Below, piece by piece: positions 60,601-64,000 of a DNA stretch of 64,000 nucleotides. Positions within the stretch are counted from its first letter, which is position 1; each line of letters starts with the position of its first letter. Under the pieces are notes generated by a model. That model made no database searches. It was not told the DNA's origin and saw only the letters and a program-made list of their open reading frames with translations. The DNA lies in contig NIVC01002785.1 of the NCBI GenBank assembly GCA_002269645.1, positions 1-64,000 of the forward strand. Reading direction: 5' to 3'. The stretch comes from Macrostomum lignano (lineage: Eukaryota). The position numbers were made by a program, and so were the translations under genes.

Positions 60601-60825
60601 ATGCGACTCGGACTGGTTCTCCTGCTGCTGCTGGGGGGTAAGAGACAGAGCTGGGGGACACCGGGAATTCTGCGATGAAATCCGATAAAACCGACTAACC
60701 AACCAAACTTCCTCATAGCCTTCATGCTGACTGCCGAGGCCATCAATTGCTACACCTGCACGCTGTGCAGCGAGACTTTCAAAATGAGCGAAGTGTCCAC
60801 AACGACCAACTGCACCTACTGCGGA
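60601..60825 (+). CDS. Ly6/three-finger gene D: exon 1 (60601-60637) and exon 2 (60719-60825); exon 3 not in the window
   Basis: Near-identical to gene C, including the promoter and intron 1. Confidence 0.65.
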
Positions 60826-61202
60826 GTGAGTGCTTGCTCTCTTTTATGACCTGAGGAACTTAACAAGGGGGAAACCTACAAGAGGCATTTTTTAATGTTG
60901 TGCCCGAACAGAGAGAGAGGGGAGAGACCGAGAGAGGGGGAAATGGGAAGAGAGGAGGGAGGGCACCTCCAATCTTGGGTGCTGACACGTTGAAAAAAGA
61001 CTGATAAGTCAATTTAGTTAATGTTTCTCCGATATTTCGAATTTTAATAAATAATAAATTTTAACAAGAGAGAGAAACAAAGAGAGAGAGGGAGCGTGAG
61101 ACAGAAAGAGAGTGAGAGAGAGGGAGAGAGAGAGGGGGGGGGACAGGAAGGCACCTCCAATCTCGGACGCTGACACGTTGAAAAAAGGACTGAAGAGAGA
61201 GG

Positions 61203-61270
<68 letters not shown>

Positions 61271-61387
61271 CAGAGAAGCGGAGAGGGGGAGAGAGAGGCA
61301 GAGGGCAGAGAGAGAAAGAGAGAGAGGGAGAGAGAGGGAGAGAGAGAAGAGAGGTCACGGCGTGTTTAAAAAATAATTAATTTAGTA

Positions 61388-61429
61388 TGGGCTACCGGTT
61401 TCGAGCCTCTGGGCTCTTCGTCAGGCCAA
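61388..61429 (-). ncRNA. Minimal type I hammerhead ribozyme (HHR2)
   Basis: Minus strand UUGGC-CUGACGA-A-GAGCC CAGA GGCUC-GAA-ACCGGU-A-GCCCA: conserved core, 5-bp stem II, palindromic stem III and a GUA cleavage triplet; stem I has only 3 contiguous bp. Confidence 0.75.
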
Positions 61430-61469
61430 ATAGAGAAGAGATAGAGATAGAGAAAGAGAGAGAGAGAGG

Positions 61470-62153
61470 ACCGAGCGTTGACCGAGTTGCAATCGATCCT
61501 CTGGCTGATGGTGATCTTGACGGTCGTGGACGCGGATCCCGGGCAGACGGAGGTGAACCTGGCGTGCGCCTGGCAGCACTTGCACAGCCGAGCCGGGTTG
61601 CACGGCAGGAAGCCGAACTCCCACCGCCTTGTCGGGTAGAAGCCCAGCTCCGCCAGCACCTCGTATTTGATATTGCATAGAAAACGCCTGTTATAGCCCT
61701 GGTGCTGCACCAGATTCGACAGCAGCTCGGTGCAGGCCGCGTCGAAGTCGAGCACCTGCGGGCGTATCTGATGAGCTGGGACTTGACCACACCCCTAAAC
61801 GTCCGCCTCGGGTGAGATGAGTCGCGGTGGATAAGAGCTCGGCTGTCCGTGGGCTTGAAGAAGACTCTGGTCGCCAGACGCTTGGAGTCCCCCTCGCGGT
61901 CACAGAAGACGGTGGTATCCAGGAAGTTGACCTCGGTGCTGCTGTAGCTCAGCTGCAACCTGATGTTCGGGTCGAGGCCATCCAGGAGCTCGTGAAAGCG
62001 GACCAGCTCGTCTCTCGTTCCGTGCCAGACGCCGAAGATGTCGTCGATGTAGCGCAGCCACAGGGCGGGCTTCTGCGGGCTGAGCTCCAGGCCCCGCTGC
62101 TCCCAGTAGCCCATGTAGATGTTGCTGTAGCTGGGTGCAAACGACTTCCCCAT
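61470..62153 (-). mobile_element. Penelope-like element RT fragment running into the linker before the GIY-YIG endonuclease, truncated at both ends by (TC)n
   Basis: MGKSFAPSYSNIYMG, WLRYIDDIFGVW, VNFLDTTV and FKPTD..ALIH..SSHP....GVVKSQLIRY are PLE RT motifs; after a frameshift it reads C...CKCC...ISQRIDCNS.N. Confidence 0.85.
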
Positions 62154-62205
62154 GGAGATAGAGAGAGAGAAAGTGAGAGAGATAGAGAGAGAAAAAGTGG
62201 GAGAG

Positions 62206-62240
<35 letters not shown>

Positions 62241-62276
62241 AAGTGAGAGAGATAGAGAGAGAGAGAGAGAAAGTGG

Positions 62277-62324
<48 letters not shown>

Positions 62325-62332
62325 AAAAGTGG

Positions 62333-62366
<34 letters not shown>

Positions 62367-62398
62367 AAGTGAGAGAGATAGAGAGAGAGAGAGAAAGT

Positions 62399-62448
<50 letters not shown>

Positions 62449-62519
62449 AAGTGGGAGAGAGATAGATAGAGAGAGAGAGAGAGAAAGTGAGAGAGATAGA
62501 GAGAGAGAGAAAGTGGGAT

Positions 62520-62573
<54 letters not shown>

Positions 62574-62603
62574 TGAGAGAGATAGAGAGAAAAAGTGGGA
62601 GAG

Positions 62604-62638
<35 letters not shown>

Positions 62639-62659
62639 AAGTGGGAGAGAGAGAGAGAG

Positions 62660-62694
<35 letters not shown>

Positions 62695-62769
62695 AAGTGG
62701 GAGAGAGATAGATAGAGAGAGAGAGAGAGAGAAAGTGAGAGAGATAGAGAGAGAGAGAGAAAGTGGGAT

Positions 62770-62836
<67 letters not shown>

Positions 62837-62944
62837 AAAAGTGGGAGAGAGATAGATAGAGAGAGAGAGAGAAAGTGAGAGAGATAGAGAGAGAAAAAGT
62901 GGGAGAGAGATAGATAGAGAGAGATAGAGAGAGAGAGAAAGTGG

Positions 62945-63017
<73 letters not shown>

Positions 63018-63092
63018 TGGGAGAGAGATAGATAGAGAGAGAGAAAGTGAGAGAGATAGAGAGAGAGAAAGTGGAAGAGAGAGAGAGAGAGC

Positions 63093-63128
<36 letters not shown>

Positions 63129-63130
63129 AA

Positions 63131-63169
<39 letters not shown>

Positions 63170-63386
63170 TGGGAGAGAGATAGATAGAGAGAGAGAGAGC
63201 GAGAGAAAGAGAGAAAGTGGGAGAGAGATAGAAAGATAGATAGAGAGAGAGAGAGAAAGTGAGAGAGATAGAGAGAGCGAGAAAGAGAGAGAAAGTGGGA
63301 GAGAGGGAGAGAGAGAGCGAGAGAGAGAAAGAGAAAGAGAGAGAAAGTGGGAGAGAGAGAGCGAGAGCGAGAGAGAGAGAAAGTGG

Positions 63387-63433
<47 letters not shown>

Positions 63434-63522
63434 TGAGAGAGATAGAGAGAAAAAAAGTGGGAGAGAGATAGATAGAGAGAGAGAGAGAGAAAGTGAGAGA
63501 GATAGAGACAGAGAGAAAGTGG

Positions 63523-63572
<50 letters not shown>

Positions 63573-63583
63573 AAGTGGGAGAG

Positions 63584-63616
<33 letters not shown>

Positions 63617-63651
63617 AAGTGAGAGAGATAGAGAGAGAGAGAAAGTGGGAT

Positions 63652-63724
<73 letters not shown>

Positions 63725-63732
63725 GAGAGAGG
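62154..63732. repeat. Compound (GA)n microsatellite with recurring AAAGTGGGAGA/GATAGA interruptions; shorter GA tracts at 60905-61350 and 61430-61470
   Basis: Direct inspection. Confidence 0.97.
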
Positions 63733-63801
63733 AGGGCGCCTCCAATCTCAGGCACGGACGCGGTACATGTAAAAAGGACAAACAAGTCAAGATGATTTAA
63801 G

Positions 63802-63842
63802 TTGCCGATATTTCGAATTAGGTAAATTCTTCGTCAGGGCAA
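63802..63842 (-). ncRNA. Minimal type I hammerhead ribozyme (HHR1)
   Basis: Minus strand UUGCC-CUGACGA-A-GAAUU UACCU AAUUC-GAA-AUAU-C-GGCAA: 5-bp stem I, 5-bp stem II, palindromic AUAU stem III and an AUC triplet. Confidence 0.8.
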
Positions 63843-64000
63843 GTGAAAAGTAGCGACAAGTGGTGTTGTAAAAGTTATTAAATAGGCGGGTTAGAGGGAG
63901 AGAGAGTAGGCAGGTAGATAGAGAGCGTACGGTATGTACACTTGGTGTGAGTCGATAAAACACTATTAGAGTTGAAAATGCAAAATAAAAAACAGTGCAC

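Noticed and set aside
61392-63790. 797-aa and 613-aa SL-repeat ORFs
   Set aside because: They are (TC)n read-through; only 62153-61470 (Penelope RT) is protein-like.

Overview
This is eukaryotic (metazoan) genomic DNA: spliced genes with GC-rich exons, AT-rich islands and many minisatellites. The style suggests a free-living flatworm such as Macrostomum, but that is inference only. Recognisable genes are GIPC (231-3816, +), FANCL (~16.4-18.8 kb, +) and a flavin monoamine oxidase-like gene (30.0-35.1 kb, -) whose introns are each filled by a different minisatellite. Two gene families are expanded: five intronless copies of a 95-aa secreted six-cysteine protein I cannot assign to a family (14.8-29.0 kb), and a cluster of Ly6/three-finger genes in varying states of completeness (45-61 kb). 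Mobile DNA includes a TIR- and TSD-delimited, internally deleted P/THAP9-type element that keeps a spliced THAP ORF, a MITE family with similar CACAGA ends and 8-bp TSDs, and two 37-38-bp TIR-only remnants resembling P excision footprints. There are also mariner, Chapaev/Transib-like, Ty3/gypsy, RTE/LINE and SINE remnants, and a Penelope-like RT fragment bracketed by two minimal type I hammerhead ribozymes within (GA)n microsatellite. No CRISPR array, rRNA or bona fide tRNA gene was seen. Everything was read by eye; no database search was run.
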